Shown here: in pieces, positions 24,140 through 37,284 of the stretch
Layout of the letters: every line of letters starts with the position of its first letter
How positions within the stretch are numbered: position 1 is the first letter of the stretch
The notes under the pieces: model-generated
What the model was told of the DNA's origin: nothing
What the model saw: the letters and a program-made list of their open reading frames with translations, nothing else
Database searches by the model: none
Assembly: GCA_002269645.1 (NCBI GenBank)
Contig: NIVC01001822.1
Location: 62,001 to 126,000, forward strand
DNA length: 64,000 bases
Direction of reading: 5' to 3'
DNA from: Macrostomum lignano
Lineage: Eukaryota
Translations under genes and position numbers: made by a program

Positions 24140-25000
24140 AATTCCCTTCACAAGCCTTAAAATATCAACTCTCCCTTTGACATCTCAGCGATGTCCCCCT
24201 TGAAATAAAAAAAATCTCAACCTAACCCTTACCCTAGACTAACACTAACCCTAAAGCATTGACATTTCAGTAATTCTCTCCAAGTCACTATAGCACTACA
24301 GCATTATAATGATTCCCTGCAAGCCTTGACATCGTAGGGATTCGCAAATGAATCTCTAACTTTGACATGAAGCTTCTTTTATTTTTTAAATTGTTTTTTT
24401 CTATCAGCAACCCCCCTATGAGGAGCCAACAAATAATATAATAAAAAGTTTTTAATAAACTATATGTAGCTTCTGACTTTAGCTTTGATATCTCAGCTAT
24501 TTTCCCCATAAGCCTTGACATCTTAGCGATGCCGCCTATAAAACTTGAAACCTGAAAAATCCCCTATCAACCTTGAAACCCTCTAAACCCTAACCATAAA
24601 CCCAAACCTGACCTAAACATAACTTTAACCCAACCCTAAAGCCTTGAAATCTCAGCAATTCTTCTCCTCTAAGCCTTGACATTTTAGTGATTCCTTCTTT
24701 AAGAATCATAGCACTATAATGATTCCCCCCAAGCCTTGACATCATAGCAATTCCCAAATGAATCTTTTAACTCCAACATTACTCTTCTTTTATGTCTACA
24801 TAGTGCTTTTTTTCTTTTTACATGACTCTTCTTTTATCAGCGCCCCCCTTGTGGCGAGCCAATAAAGAATATAATAAAAATTGAGTAAACTACATGTACT
24901 TTGAAGTAGCTTCTGACTTTTGCTTTGGCATCTTAGAAACCCCCCATAATCATTTATATTTCAGGTATTCTCTGTGAGCCTTGACATCTCAATAATTCTC
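24140..25000. repeat. Degenerate ~420-bp tandem duplication (probable TE relic)
   Basis: tagcacta..gattccc..aagccttgacatc at ~24290 and ~24710; tatcagc..ccccc..gagcca at ~24400 and ~24835; many aagccttga(c/a)at motifs. Confidence 0.6.
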
Positions 25001-25099
25001 CCTAAGAATCAGAGCACAATAGCTTTATTTAATTTTGACATGACATTTACTATTCCATGATGCTTCTATGATTTTTTAAATTACACTTTTATTAGTTTC

Positions 25100-25315
25100 T
25101 ATATGAGGTATGTCATGACATGTCATGTCACGTCATGATTGTTTATATGATGCTTCTATTATTAGTTGCATGATGCTTCTATGATTTTTATGTGACACTT
25201 CTATGATTTTTATATGATGCTTCTATGATTGTTTACATGATGCTTCTATGATTGTTTACATGATGCTTCTATAATTTTTACATGACACTTCTATGATTTT
25301 TTTTACATAATGCTT
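25100..25315. repeat. Short ~22-bp tandem repeat
   Basis: Copies of atgatgcttctatgattgtttac. Confidence 0.75.
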
Positions 25316-28300
25316 TTTTTAAAAAGTTTTTTAGTTTACTTGGCATTAAAAAACTTTAATTAAACAAAACTTATAATTCAACATTTTCCAAACTCCAAGC
25401 ATAGAGTTTGCAAGCAAGATCACACAAAGCAGTTATGATATAATCAATTTCTCAGTCAGTCAATATCAGTTAACAATATGGTTATGCAATCTAAATCAAG
25501 TCTGGTGCTACACTTCACACTACATTTTCAATACTGTGACACAATTCAAGTCAGAGCTATATTTCAGTTATGATGCAATCTATTTCATAATCAGAATTCA
25601 ACCAATCAGTTTTTTTTCTAGCATTCTTACAATGCATTTCAAGTCAAAAAGTTTGCTTGACCTTTGCAAAAAAGCATGTTTTTGAATATTTAATCCCTTT
25701 AGCATTGCAATTTCTTAGCCAAGACAAATATACAGTCACATGAAAATCTGTTAAGCCATTTGAGAGAAAATTGATTGCACATATACAAGCAAGAAAGATT
25801 TTTATTTTTAGTGTAAGTATATAGGAGGAAAAATAAATCAAAGAAAAATTGTGTCAAGTTTGAAGTCATTGCTTTATATAGCCAAACTTATAGTAGCCAA
25901 AAGTTAGGTTCAATTGTAAAACCCTGTGGCAAAGTGCCACATTTCATATTTTCAAATGAAAAACCCTGGCATTAATTTCTATTCTTTTCTTTCTTCTTAC
26001 TACTTACTGCTGTACTTTTTTCATTTAAACAAATCTTTGCATGTATCAATTTTCCACTATAAATAATATTGGCAAAAAAGCAGAAAAATGAACCAAATTA
26101 TCTGTTAAAAGTGTCTTTTATGCAATGAAAAAAGGTTGTTTATTCTCACAATGTAAAAAATGTCATTTATTGTTATCAATTTTTTGGCTTGCATTTGTAC
26201 TTATCAATTTTTGTTTGGGCATGCACCCAGCATGATCTATACTATGGCATATATGATTTGAAAATCATAAAAATAATAGGACTTTATTTAAAGAAAAATT
26301 GCTTTAAAGGGGGGGAGGTACTATTGATGGCCTTCTTAATTTAAAAGTGTAGGAACATGACCATTTTTGACATTCCAATACTTAATATTATGTTGATGTA
26401 TTGATAGTTGATACTTATTACCAATTAATAAAAACAAGAATTTAAATGTATTAGATTTAGGCCTAGGCCTATTCTTATCTAGATAAAATATAAGAATAGA
26501 CAGGAGGGTAAGGAGAGAAAAAAGAGGAGGAAGAGGAGTGCAAGGACAAAAGAGGGGAAGAGGCAAATAAGAGAGACAAGAAGAAAGAGGAGAGATAAGA
26601 TGAGAGAGAGAGGATATAAAAGAAAAGAGAAGAGGAGGAGAGAGGAGAAAGATGTGAGTAAAGATGAGAGAGCAAAGAACAGATGAAAGAGGAGAGATTA
26701 AAGAAAAGAGATAATAAAGAAGAGTTAAAAGAAGAGAAGAGATAGAGGGGATAGCAAAGGAAAGAGAAAAGAAGAAGGGAGAGATAAGAGGAAAGATAAG
26801 AGAGCCTAGAGGATACAGGAAAGAGTAGAAAAATAGAATAGAAATGAGCAAAATAAGAGTGAAAAGAAAAGAGTAAAGAGTACAGGAGAATGGGAAGAAT
26901 AGAAAAGAGATAAAATAAGAGAGAGAAGAGAGGAGACAGAAAAAAGATAGAAGTTTTAAAGGACCCAAAGGACATAGAGATGCAAAGGCAAAAGGCCAGA
27001 GTTTGCCTATATAGGCCTTAGATAGACATTGCCTGTCATTGTTACGTTACCAAATTAAATCTCCTTTATTTTGGGATCAGTCAAATAGCCTCCTTTATTT
27101 TACTTTCTCAAAATGTGCGGGCACCCTGGAAGTGACTTGTTGCCAAAGTGACTGTCACTGAAGTGACTGTCGCCAAAGTGACTTGTTGCCAAAGTGATTA
27201 TAATTTGTGTATGCACATGCTCCAAACTCTACTGTCTCTTTCTATCTGTCCATAATCTGAAATGAAATGATGTGTGTGCCATGTGGGTTTGTTTACTGAT
27301 GGATATCCATGCATGTTTTCAGAACAATTTCCTATATATTTATTTCAAACTTTTTTTGAGGATATATAGGCCTACTTATAGATAGGCTATGGTTTTAAAG
27401 AATAAAGAACATTTGTTTTGCCTATTTTTCATTTTTCCTTTTTTGGCTCACTGGACTGCCTTTTTAGTGCACTTAATTTGACAAAAAGGCTGCCATTTAC
27501 TTGATAGCTTTTGTGTGGCAAATTCAATGGTATAATCGGGTATAGGCCTATCTAGCAATCTAGGCCTCTAGGGGTATAAGACAAGATAGCCACTCAGTCT
27601 CACTCACTAAGATGGATGGCCATAGTTCTGAATGTCTAAATATTTTCTTATCCTTTCTCTTACTTCTTCTTTCTCTTATTGTCTATTAATTTTTCTTTCT
27701 ACTCTCATCTGCCCCTATAGCCATTAGCTAGATTCTTTATCTGGCCTTTGAGATAAAAATCTGCCAATCCCTACTTCAAAAGCCAGTTGTACTCTCATGT
27801 ACTCTCCCAGTTGTACTCTCAAAGGATGTAGTACTCTCATAGGCTAATTGTTTCATTCTGTGGCCTATTTATTGACTGCTTTGATCACATAATCTTTCTA
27901 GCCAATTTGCAGTCTTGAAAAAAACTTGTATATTTCTAGCTTGATAGTTACACATATCTAATATTGTGGCTAACCTAGGGTTGCTACTTTAAAGTTGTTC
28001 AAATATTAACTAGTCATATATAGGCCTACAAACCTTTGCTTGGACTTATAAACTATTTTTCTACATAACTTTGCCTAGGAAAATAATACAAGTTGATAGA
28101 ATAAATTTTTAAAAGATTATTTATAAGGACCTTAAACTAACAATATATTAAGTACAAGTGAATCCTAGTAGCTAGTGGCTAAAATAAAGGAGAAAGTCCC
28201 TGTCGCAGACAGACCGAATTAAGTTGTCTATGATGGGGTGCCGTCAAAATGGCCACACGCAGAACGGCCACACGACAAAGCGGCCATACCATCAAAACAG

Positions 28301-28469
28301 CCACACAACAAAATGGCCACACAATGTAATAATTTGTAATAATAAGAGATAAGAGAAGTGGAGGGTTGAATGTACATTTAAGTAGAAAGATAAATGATGA
28401 ATGATCGGGGGTGGTATACATGGGGGCCGAGACATTGGTCAATTAAGAATAAAGGTGGATGGTTGCAGA

Positions 28470-28780
28470 GAGAGAGAGCAGGCATTTTGGGCAGCTGCGC
28501 GTACTGTGCTCAGCACTGCAATGCTGCACAGATGCAACTTCCATTTTTGCCAAGCACTGTATCGCCATCTGCAGCAGCTTGGCCTTGCATGCAGCTACGC
28601 AGTGTCTTACTCATTGCGTAGATTCTGCAGAAAGGTGATGGCCCTGGCTTACCTACCATCAAATGATATTCTGCCAAACTTCAAACAGAAACAGCTGCGA
28701 TCTGCCTGCTCACCTGCTCACCTGAATGGGCCTTTGGGAGAGTGGCTTAAGTATGTAGAGCGCAATTAGATCACAGCAAC
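28470..28780 (+). pseudogene. MULE transposase fragment
   Basis: EQAFWAAARTV..HRCNFHFCQALYRHLQQLGL..Y..RKVMALAYLP..F..WLKYVERN*I matches the MULE C-x-F-H-F-x-Q signature. A stop sits where Trp is expected. Confidence 0.8.
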
Positions 28781-28794
28781 AGCCAAATAATTAA

Positions 28795-30836
28795 GGGCAA
28801 TTCCATATAATTATGGTCGTAACATGACAGGCTATTTTTACTTATAAAATGAAATTCCCTATTGGAATAAGTGGTATTTTCGCGGACGGCGTCCGGCGCA
28901 CTTTTTCTTTTTCCTCATAGTCATGGCGCATGGCGCGCTACGCGCGCCATGCGCCATGATGCACAGCAGCTCACAGGTAAGATGCAAGGAGGACATCACG
29001 CGCTACATACAGCGCTGCTGAACAAGGATGAGAAGCATGCATAGGAGAAAGTCAGCAGCACGGTGGAAATTCAGCAAACTGTAAGTAAAACTTGTTTTTC
29101 TAATTTCTATAACTTTGATAATATTGCTATGGGCTATAGTATAGCATATCTCCTATCATATGTATTGATTGCTGTGTCATCTAGAATATGCATGCAAGTT
29201 AATCGTAAAATTGGAAATTGTAGTTGAAAGATCGCAGCAGAAATGTTCTTTATTGCCTCATAAACATTATAACATAGTGCCAAATGCTAATTGCTCTTAA
29301 TGTTCTCTTATAACGCAGTTGCAAGAAATAAAAAAGTAAACTAAATTCTATTAAAAGTCTCAACAAATTTTCTGCTTTGTTTAATTATCTTTTTGATTGG
29401 TTGCGCGTACATTTATTTATGCTGACATTTAAATGTGAAATTATTCTTCGAAACACCATGCTAAATAGTTATCAGATTTGATAACCCGACCCGAGCCAAA
29501 GTGCTACAACTACTACTGAAAAAGTGTGTGGATAAGGCAAAGACAATTTTGTTTGTTCGTGAACTCTGTGTTGTTCATCACGAAGTTTCTTCATTTTGTA
29601 TTAACCGATTAGCCAAATTGAAGTAAAGGGTTTCAGTGTTCGTAATTATTTTAAGTACTCACTGATGCAATTGCCACACTATTTACATTATTTATTTTTC
29701 TTTGAATAGACCAACAATGTAACTTTGTAAGTCAAAAGACGAGTAGACTAAGAATTAAGAAATAGATACAACTACAACAGAAGGGGGCAGAAGTACAGTA
29801 CAGAACAGAGTGCAGTAAAACACAAGTGCGGTAAAACACACAACTTTCTCTCAATCTCTTTAAATCTCTCAAAAACGAGTGATGCATCATCAGAATGAAC
29901 ATGATAGAGACTGGAGTCATGCACAATATCACCTAAACCTAGAGTGCTATGGCACCCTAGGATTTGAAGATTTGAATGACACATCGTCCATACCACCTTA
30001 GGATTTGAAGATTGTCATGACGCACTGTCCAGGCCACTTTATGATTGCCATGGCGCACTAGATGCACTGTCCACAGTGTCTGAAAACTTATTCCAATAGG
30101 GATGAAATCTAATAATAGAATACACTAAACCAATATTTTAAATGAAAGATTTTTTTGTCAAGAATATTTTTATAGAGTTTCATGTAGATATCATCATTAA
30201 TATAGATGCTATTAAACCTTGAATGGCACTTCTGGTCGTAATGACAGGATTTTTGACAGATAGAAACTAAAAGGTAAAAGTCTTATAACATTTTTCATTT
30301 TTGATATTTTGCAATAAATTTTTTAAAATTCGACTAAGAACATCTTTAGAAATCATACTCTTTTTGTAGAATATATAAACTCAAAAAGGCAACAAAGATA
30401 CAAAAGAAAAGGCAGCCTTATGGTCGTAACATTCTGGTCGTAACATATTTTGTTCTGTCAATTCAGTAACTTAGAGGTACCAATATATTAAAAATATAAT
30501 TGATTTTTTGTTCATCAATACTTTTATCTGATGATGCAAGTACTATACTTTTATCTATAGTTTGTTTCAACCTTCCAAAGCTTTCTATTTGTTTTTAAAA
30601 GGTTCACAAACTTAATGATGTCTTTTGCTTAAAAAACTGTCCAAATTTTTACAAAAATTACTTTTTGCCACTTGATAACATACTAATCTAACATTTTATC
30701 ATTCATTTATTCTTAGATTGTAGATGTTACACATAAAAAACATTTGGTAAAAAAATTGGCTAATCAGGCAGTGGCAAGCAAAAATATTGACTTTTTTTCT
30801 ATTTTCCAAATATGTCCATCTTATATGGAATGAGCC
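28795..30836. mobile_element. TTAA-targeting non-autonomous DNA transposon (Kolobok-like) inserted in the MULE
   Basis: TTAA at 28791-28794 and 30837-30840. TIR GGGCAATTCCATATAA versus reverse complement GGCTCATTCCATATAA (13/16). GG...CC termini fit Kolobok rather than piggyBac (CC...GG). Confidence 0.72.
28857..30101. mobile_element. Unclassified TIR element inserted in the Kolobok-like element
   Basis: Perfect 16-bp TIR CCCTATTGGAATAAGT (28857-28872 and reverse complement 30086-30101). Flanks atgaaatt (28849-28856) and atgaaatc (30102-30109) suggest a 6-8 bp TSD. Confidence 0.75.
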
Positions 30837-31095
30837 TTAACATAACGAAGCTTCCTTAACATAACGAATAGAACAGTCGATCTGCAACCCTTTTATTATG
30901 TGGCCGTTTTGTCGTGTGGCCATTTTGTTGTGTAGCTGTTTTGACGGGCATCCGCCTATGACCTTAGCTTTATAATGTCTTTATAATGTCAGCACAGACA
31001 AGACGACCATGCCATAATATAACATTCATATCTAAAACATAACAGTCCCAAAACTCTTTTAAATAAAGGAGATAAAAGAGGGCATGAGCACCTTG

Positions 31096-31573
31096 CACTT
31101 TGGCGACAGTCATTTTGGTGACATTTGGATTGCTTTGGCAACAATTAATAACAACTAAAGGACATATTTTTTTGCCAATGAAACTTCACAATTAAAAAGT
31201 ATGATTTATCCAGATTTATTAAAAAAGCAATACAAATCTTCAGTATTTTGTTATTCATGCTGCCTTTCATACCCCCATTCTGATTGGTTAATGTACGAGT
31301 ACATAGTAATGCATGCACATTTACATCCCCCACTAGAGCTTATGTTAAACTCGCCTTCTGTTTATTAAATTGAGAATAAATATAGGCTACCTAACTAAAT
31401 ACCTAAATAGGCCTATACAAAAATATAAATTTGTGTTGCTTTGTAATCGTGAAGTTTGATTGGCAAAAAATACATACATTCTTTAGCTGTTAGGCCTATT
31501 AATTGTTGGTTGCTGAAGTGATCCAAACGTGTCACCGAAATGACTGTCACCAAAGCGACTTGTCGCCAAAGTG
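31096..31573. mobile_element. Foldback/MITE-like element with tgtcgccaaagtga subrepeats
   Basis: cactttggcgaca (31096) is the reverse complement of tgtcgccaaagtg (31561-31573); arms ~55-75 bp. A related solo arm lies at ~27130-27200. Confidence 0.6.
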
Positions 31574-31627
31574 ATCAGTGACCACATGTGCAGGATAATT
31601 TTTTTGAAAGCGAAAAAGGGGTCCCAC

Positions 31628-32027
31628 TAGGAGGCCTCTTTATGGCAATTGGTTCTATTTGCCATGGTTCTAATTGGAATAAATTCGAGTTCTAGAACCA
31701 GTCCAGAACCAGTGTGATTGTGAAATGAGAAGCTTCGAACCTATTTTATGTTTGGCAGTCTTTACAATTTAATTTTGTCGTTCTATGACCTCGTTTCCTC
31801 TTGGATATGACAAAAAAACGGAATAATTATATATCAATAATAAAAAATTGACGATTTCAAATATATTTTACTGTTAACGTGTAAACATGACAACGGTTCG
31901 AGAAAATTTCTCGAACATTTTCCAGAAACAGAACCATGTTCCGGAACTGGTTCTGTTTTTCAAACCATCGATATGAAGAGCGTCGAACCGGTTCCATTTT
32001 TCGAACTGGCGATATGAAGAGGCTCTA
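31628..32027. mobile_element. Possible PIF/Harbinger-like MITE
   Basis: Imperfect inverted ends aggcctctttatggcaattggttc and gaactggcgatatgaagaggctc; internal gaacc/ggttc motifs; TSD not resolved. Confidence 0.4.
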
Positions 32028-34380
32028 ATCCCAAATCCAGGACTGTGTCACCCAAAAAACACGCGAAAAAGTGTTTTTCAAAACAGTATGCAAAACGTTT
32101 AGTTTCTATTAGTATAGACAAAAAATAACTTTATATGTTTAGCTTTTAATAATTTAATATAGAAAAAGTATACAATTACGAATTAATATTAAGGATGTTG
32201 TTAAGCTTTTTAAATCGCACGTGTTTGAAAGAGGGAACGGGCTTAAGCCGCGCGAATTAATATTTTTTAAAAACTTGTATAATAAACGTCACTCATATTG
32301 TTGATGTTAAAGCTTAAGATTTTATATTACTAAACGGTATGTAAGATTTTTTTATAATTTAGGCTTCATTAACTTGGTCGCTGAAAATCAAACTGGGTTA
32401 CTGAAATGTCATTATGGAGAAGGATGGAATCTCTACAACCAACCAGTGAAGACGAAGAGTCGAGTGAATGAACCAACCTCAGAATTTAATGGGCCGATTG
32501 GCTCAGTATTAAAGCAAAAACTATACTATAGTAGGTAGGCTTATTTTATATCTAAAGAATTTAATAAATTGACTCTCTGTGGATCTATGGCTTTTTTAGG
32601 GCCTAATATTATATTTATATCTAATCTATGTATTTTTAATTTTAATAGGCATATTCTATAGGCCCTATTATCTAAATTAATAAACAATGCTATTTAAATT
32701 TTAAATAATGCAAGGGCCTAGCTTAAGCGCACCTTTTTTATAGGGGTTAATTGGACAATATCATGTTTTAGAGATTTTTTAGACTCAAGATATAGGCCTA
32801 TGTTTTTGAGATAATCAAGAGCATTCAATTGAGATTCAAGATTAAGCCTAAAATTAGCATCCATGATATTAAATATTAATTCATTTGCAGTAGTGTTCCG
32901 CCCTAAGGAGGGTCCATTTACTATCCTTTTTTAGAGAAACAATACTTAATTGTTACTAAACTCTAAAGTACTAATGCTGAACTTTTTCACATTTATAAAA
33001 ATTAGAGTTTGCTAGTGTTTTATTGTACTTTTTTAGGTATATTTTAAAAGTTTCTAAGTTGATAATATAGTTTACTAAAAGTATCCTTGTTTTACTCTAC
33101 CTGTTTCTAATATTTTTAAGTTTTTTAACATTAATAAAATAATAATAAGATGAGGAAAAGAGTTAGTTTTTTTGGAAGTTGGGTGTTTTGAAATTGGTTG
33201 CTGACACCAGTGAAGGTGGGGTGGATTCCACATTTGAATTGCTAGGCCTACCGGTGTTGAATTCGCATGAATAAATCCAGAAATTGCGCAGACAAATCAT
33301 AACAAAATTCTTTCTCCTGTTTTACTCCATTTGCCAGGTTCTCAAGTCCAAGGGGAGGGTAGTCGTAATTATAGCAAAGCAGTTGTATAGTGGCGCGGTC
33401 ATTCAAATGATGAGATGCCATAGATTCTGATACTGTAAAATAATGTGTTGCTTTTACTGAGCTGGTTATTTTCAGTAGGGTAGTTGCTGCCACCATTGTA
33501 ATTTATATATTATGGAATGAATAATTCTCAGAGCTTTCTTTGAGATGAGAACTTTGGGTTATTTTACAACCCACGGGCAAATGACTCAAGAAATTCTATG
33601 GCTTATTGTCAACACATAAATATTAGATGATAAATGTTTATTAAGGCATTATTAAATGGTTAGTTATTGAGCAGGCAAATAGTTAATTCTTACAAACAAG
33701 CTGAAAAACAGCAGTACCTAGGTGCTAAAGCAGAATAAAGTAAACTAGTTAAAACTTGTCAGAAATTAGGCAATAGAAAAAACAGAATGAGAAGGAGAAA
33801 GAGAGGGAAAAAGAAGGGCGAAGTATAAAATTTTACAAGAAAAACAAGGAGTTTAAAAAGTAAAGCAAGCTGGTCCACAAATGGGAGCAGCTGATGGGAA
33901 ACACAATGGGCAATGCTGATCAGGGCTTAAAACATTACGCATAAAACTGGGTGGCAAGTGTATTCTAACAAAAGTTCTTGCACAGGGAAGCAAGCATACA
34001 GAGCGTAGAACACTTGATGGAGCATTGGCTGGACAACTCCAAGCCAGGAAAAATAATTTAATGATCAATGCGTAGACTGACCAAAATAAAGATTTAGTCA
34101 TCGATTGTTAAAAAAAAACTACTCAACTCAATGGCATCCCGCCTGCCACAATAACTACGGCTACAGGAATCTATGGAATATGACAACAACTATCATATTT
34201 CGGCATTCTTTCATTTTACAATCACCTAGCACTGTCCCTATAGGAGTCAATACTTTCGTTATACAATCCCCCCACAGAGAACGGAAAATTGCTCTTAAAA
34301 TCGAACTTCAAAATGAGACCACTTCTAAGTTTGCCATTTTAACAAAAAATATTGTGTCTTATAGAAGTTAGAAGCCTGTC

Positions 34381-35042
34381 CTTATATTCACTTTCGTTAT
34401 GTGATCATTTAAATGATAAAGTTATATGCAGATGATCGCGGGACGAAACTGAAGGAGCTTCTAGATTTCGACTTACAATCACACTAATAGTAAAATTGTA
34501 TTGGAGGGATTGTATGACGAAATGGTAGGAAATTGTCGCTATAATAGACATTTCAACCAAGCAATCAATTGCAGCCTCTAATATGTCTGCAAACCAAAAG
34601 CCACCTGCTTTTTACATGGCTCTTTTTGCACGGCCTTTTTGGGCGCCGACACTGCCCCATGCCCCCCTCCCCCCTCACTTTGGTCATCAGATCACCACTC
34701 GGTATAACACAGGTCCAATGAACTGGGAGGATCGTATGACAAAATTAAGGGGGGGGGGTGACGCTTGTGAATCTTATAATGAATACAATTTCATTCTTGA
34801 ACCCTATAGATTGTTGATAGAGATTGATGTAGCAGTTTGTATCCAAAGCTGCTGTGAACTGGTGCAACTTCACCAGGGATATAATGTATAATCCATTCAC
34901 TTTCATCATACAACCCCTCTAATACAATTCTACCAATGCGGTGATCGTAATTCAAAACCTATAAGCTCTTTTGGTTTCATCTTGCAATCATCTACATATA
35001 ACTTCACCATTTAAATGATTGTATGATGAAAGTGAATATAAG
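34381..35042. mobile_element. Foldback element with ~145-bp diverged inverted repeats
   Basis: 34381-34525 (cttatattcactttc...gtattggagggattgtatga) aligns with the reverse complement of ~34895-35042. No TSD seen. Confidence 0.7.
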
Positions 35043-36562
35043 CTATGTGCTTTCATAAGTAATGCTACACCAACGATCCTCAAGTTGACTAAAAAGTAAG
35101 TTGCAGTAATGAATTAGGTTGACTGGAAAGTGAGTTGCAATGATTTTTGAAATGTATGTGAAACATGCTTTTTTTTAAACTAGAGTGTCTTTTTGACTCT
35201 TTTTTAATGAGGATCGTAAGACGAAACTTGACCTGCTCAGGGATCGTAAAATGAAAGAATGCCCATATTTCTATAGTCATAGCCATTAGAGCAGCTAGCT
35301 TACATATTCATATCTATAGCTGACATAGGTACTTATTTTACCATATTTGCCATAGGATCCCTGATCCCATAGCCGTAGCTACGGCTATGGCAAAACACTA
35401 ATTTGCAGTATGCTAAACTACTTGCTTGTTTTTTCTTAGCCTAGCTAAACCTTAATGAATATGACATTTGCTAGGCCTTCTTATAGCCTAGTGCTATGCT
35501 TTTGTTCTATAATAGCTAAGCTAGCCTTATCATTTAATCCTTAATGATATACTACATGAATGCTAGGCCCAGCAAATATGATGTATATTCTTAAATATAT
35601 TGAGTGACAAGGACAAATAAAAATGCAATAGTCCAAGATGCTAGATTAAGATTCTTTGTAACTAAATAAATATATATGATTATTAGGGCCTTGATAATAA
35701 AGGGTAGCAAACTTATTCATCCCTTTCTTGGTAATAGTGTTTACTATTTGACTAAAAATATGCTTGACTATTGCATTGTTATAAAGCAAAATTAGCAATG
35801 TTCTCACAAGTCTAATGAGAAATAGATAATTGCTAGCTTATAAAACTGCTTCCCAAAAACTTGCAATATTGCAATTGACAAAACTTTTAAACTCTAGTTC
35901 TATTATCTCTATTTGATACTAACACTCCTCTATTTCTAGGCTACTAATCTCTATATCAATGAAAATTTTCTGGTATCTCACTAGCCAAGATTGGAATCTA
36001 GTTAATATATAAAGAATGATACTGCCAATTTGGATCTAGCATTTGATGTGCCATTGTGCCTAGATGAACCTACTATCAAAAGGCAAATGTTTTAGCTTCT
36101 CAGTTCTAATATGGAAGAAGTCCTTCATGACCTGAAGGCATATTTATTAGTTATTGACATCTATATCAATAAATAATTGCTTGGCTAGCTATTGTAAAGC
36201 CCAACCCAATGTATAAATTAGTTATGTTTATCTTCCAGTAAGATAATAGAAGCTTGGTCAGTTCTATTAGCAATATGTAAGTATCAACTTATTTCAATTT
36301 ATTTCAATTTATTTCAATTTATTCACAGTAAATCTGAGTGCTTTCCTATTAAAAGAGAAACTTTAAACATTAAAAACCTGCAGAACTTCTATCAAAAACT
36401 AGAACTCTATCTTTGGATCTTTTAGAGCCTTCTTAATGCTACTAGAGTGTTGTCCAGTGGCCTTTATGCTGACTGGTACAAACATATAGAGCATTTGCTT
36501 AACAATAGGAAGTATTTGAAGCTACCTAGCTTGTAATATCCATTGCCTGGTGCATACATGCA

Positions 36563-36711
36563 CAACCTTTGGATTCACCCGGCATTTCTATTGGCAACAC
36601 ATACATGTAAGTCGCTATTGGCTGAGAGCAGTCACGTGACTACTATTCCATCCAATAGTGACTTACATGTGTGTGTTGCCAATAGAAATGGCCAGGTGAA
36701 TCCCTAGGTTG
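36563..36711. mobile_element. 149-bp hairpin MITE-like element
   Basis: ~58-bp inverted arms (caacct..ggattcacc..gcatttctattggcaacac..acatgtaagtc.ctattgg) around a spacer containing AGTCACGTGACT. Confidence 0.7.
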
Positions 36712-37284
36712 CTCCCAAGCATGGTCTGGAGAAATGCAAACTTCTTGATCTCAGTGGAGCTGTTAGCTAGAACTCGTGCCACTCTTGGCATCATATATGG
36801 CATTATAGCTATAATTCTATAGCTCTGGTTATCTTCAAATACTTAGAAGATAATGAATGTTGCCATATCAAAGTGTGAAAATAATAATAATAATAAGAGT
36901 ATTTTCAATACTTTACATACGAGTATTTTTAGTTTACCAATTTAGTGCGTTTTTGTTTGACTCAATCAAATAGGACTTGAAATATTTCAATATTGTTACT
37001 AACAGTAGCTAGCTACAAGTTTTATACTATTTGAAAGCTTAATCAGGGACTTCTGCAATATAAATTTATCATAGAATAGAAAAAAGAAGGGACTGGAAAC
37101 TCGGCTTTAGTCAGTAAGAAGTGTGAGGGCTGGTTGATTTTAATGTATCTGTGTATTTGTTAGCTGATTCGTTCCCCTGTTCTCTTATTCTTCCTTTCTA
37201 TGGTTCTTCTGTTCTTATGTACACTTGTTCTCTGTTTCTCTGATTTTTGGGTTCCTGTCCACTCGTTTTTTGTTTCTTCGTTCT

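Larger units (their letters stand above)
28235..30953 (+). mobile_element. Mutator-like (MULE) deletion derivative hosting two nested insertions
   Basis: Inverted termini with repeated gtcaaaa/aaaatggccacac motifs (28235-28325 versus 30890-30953). 9-bp TSD gtctatgat (28226-28234) and gcctatgac (30954-30962), 7/9 identical. Confidence 0.8.

Noticed and set aside
22719-27000. Leu/Phe/Ser-rich ORFs resembling membrane proteins
   Set aside because: Products of TC/GA low-complexity tracts.
33248-34371. Short ORFs in the intergenic block
   Set aside because: No family motif or convincing splice context. They could be decayed TE coding sequence, but this cannot be supported.
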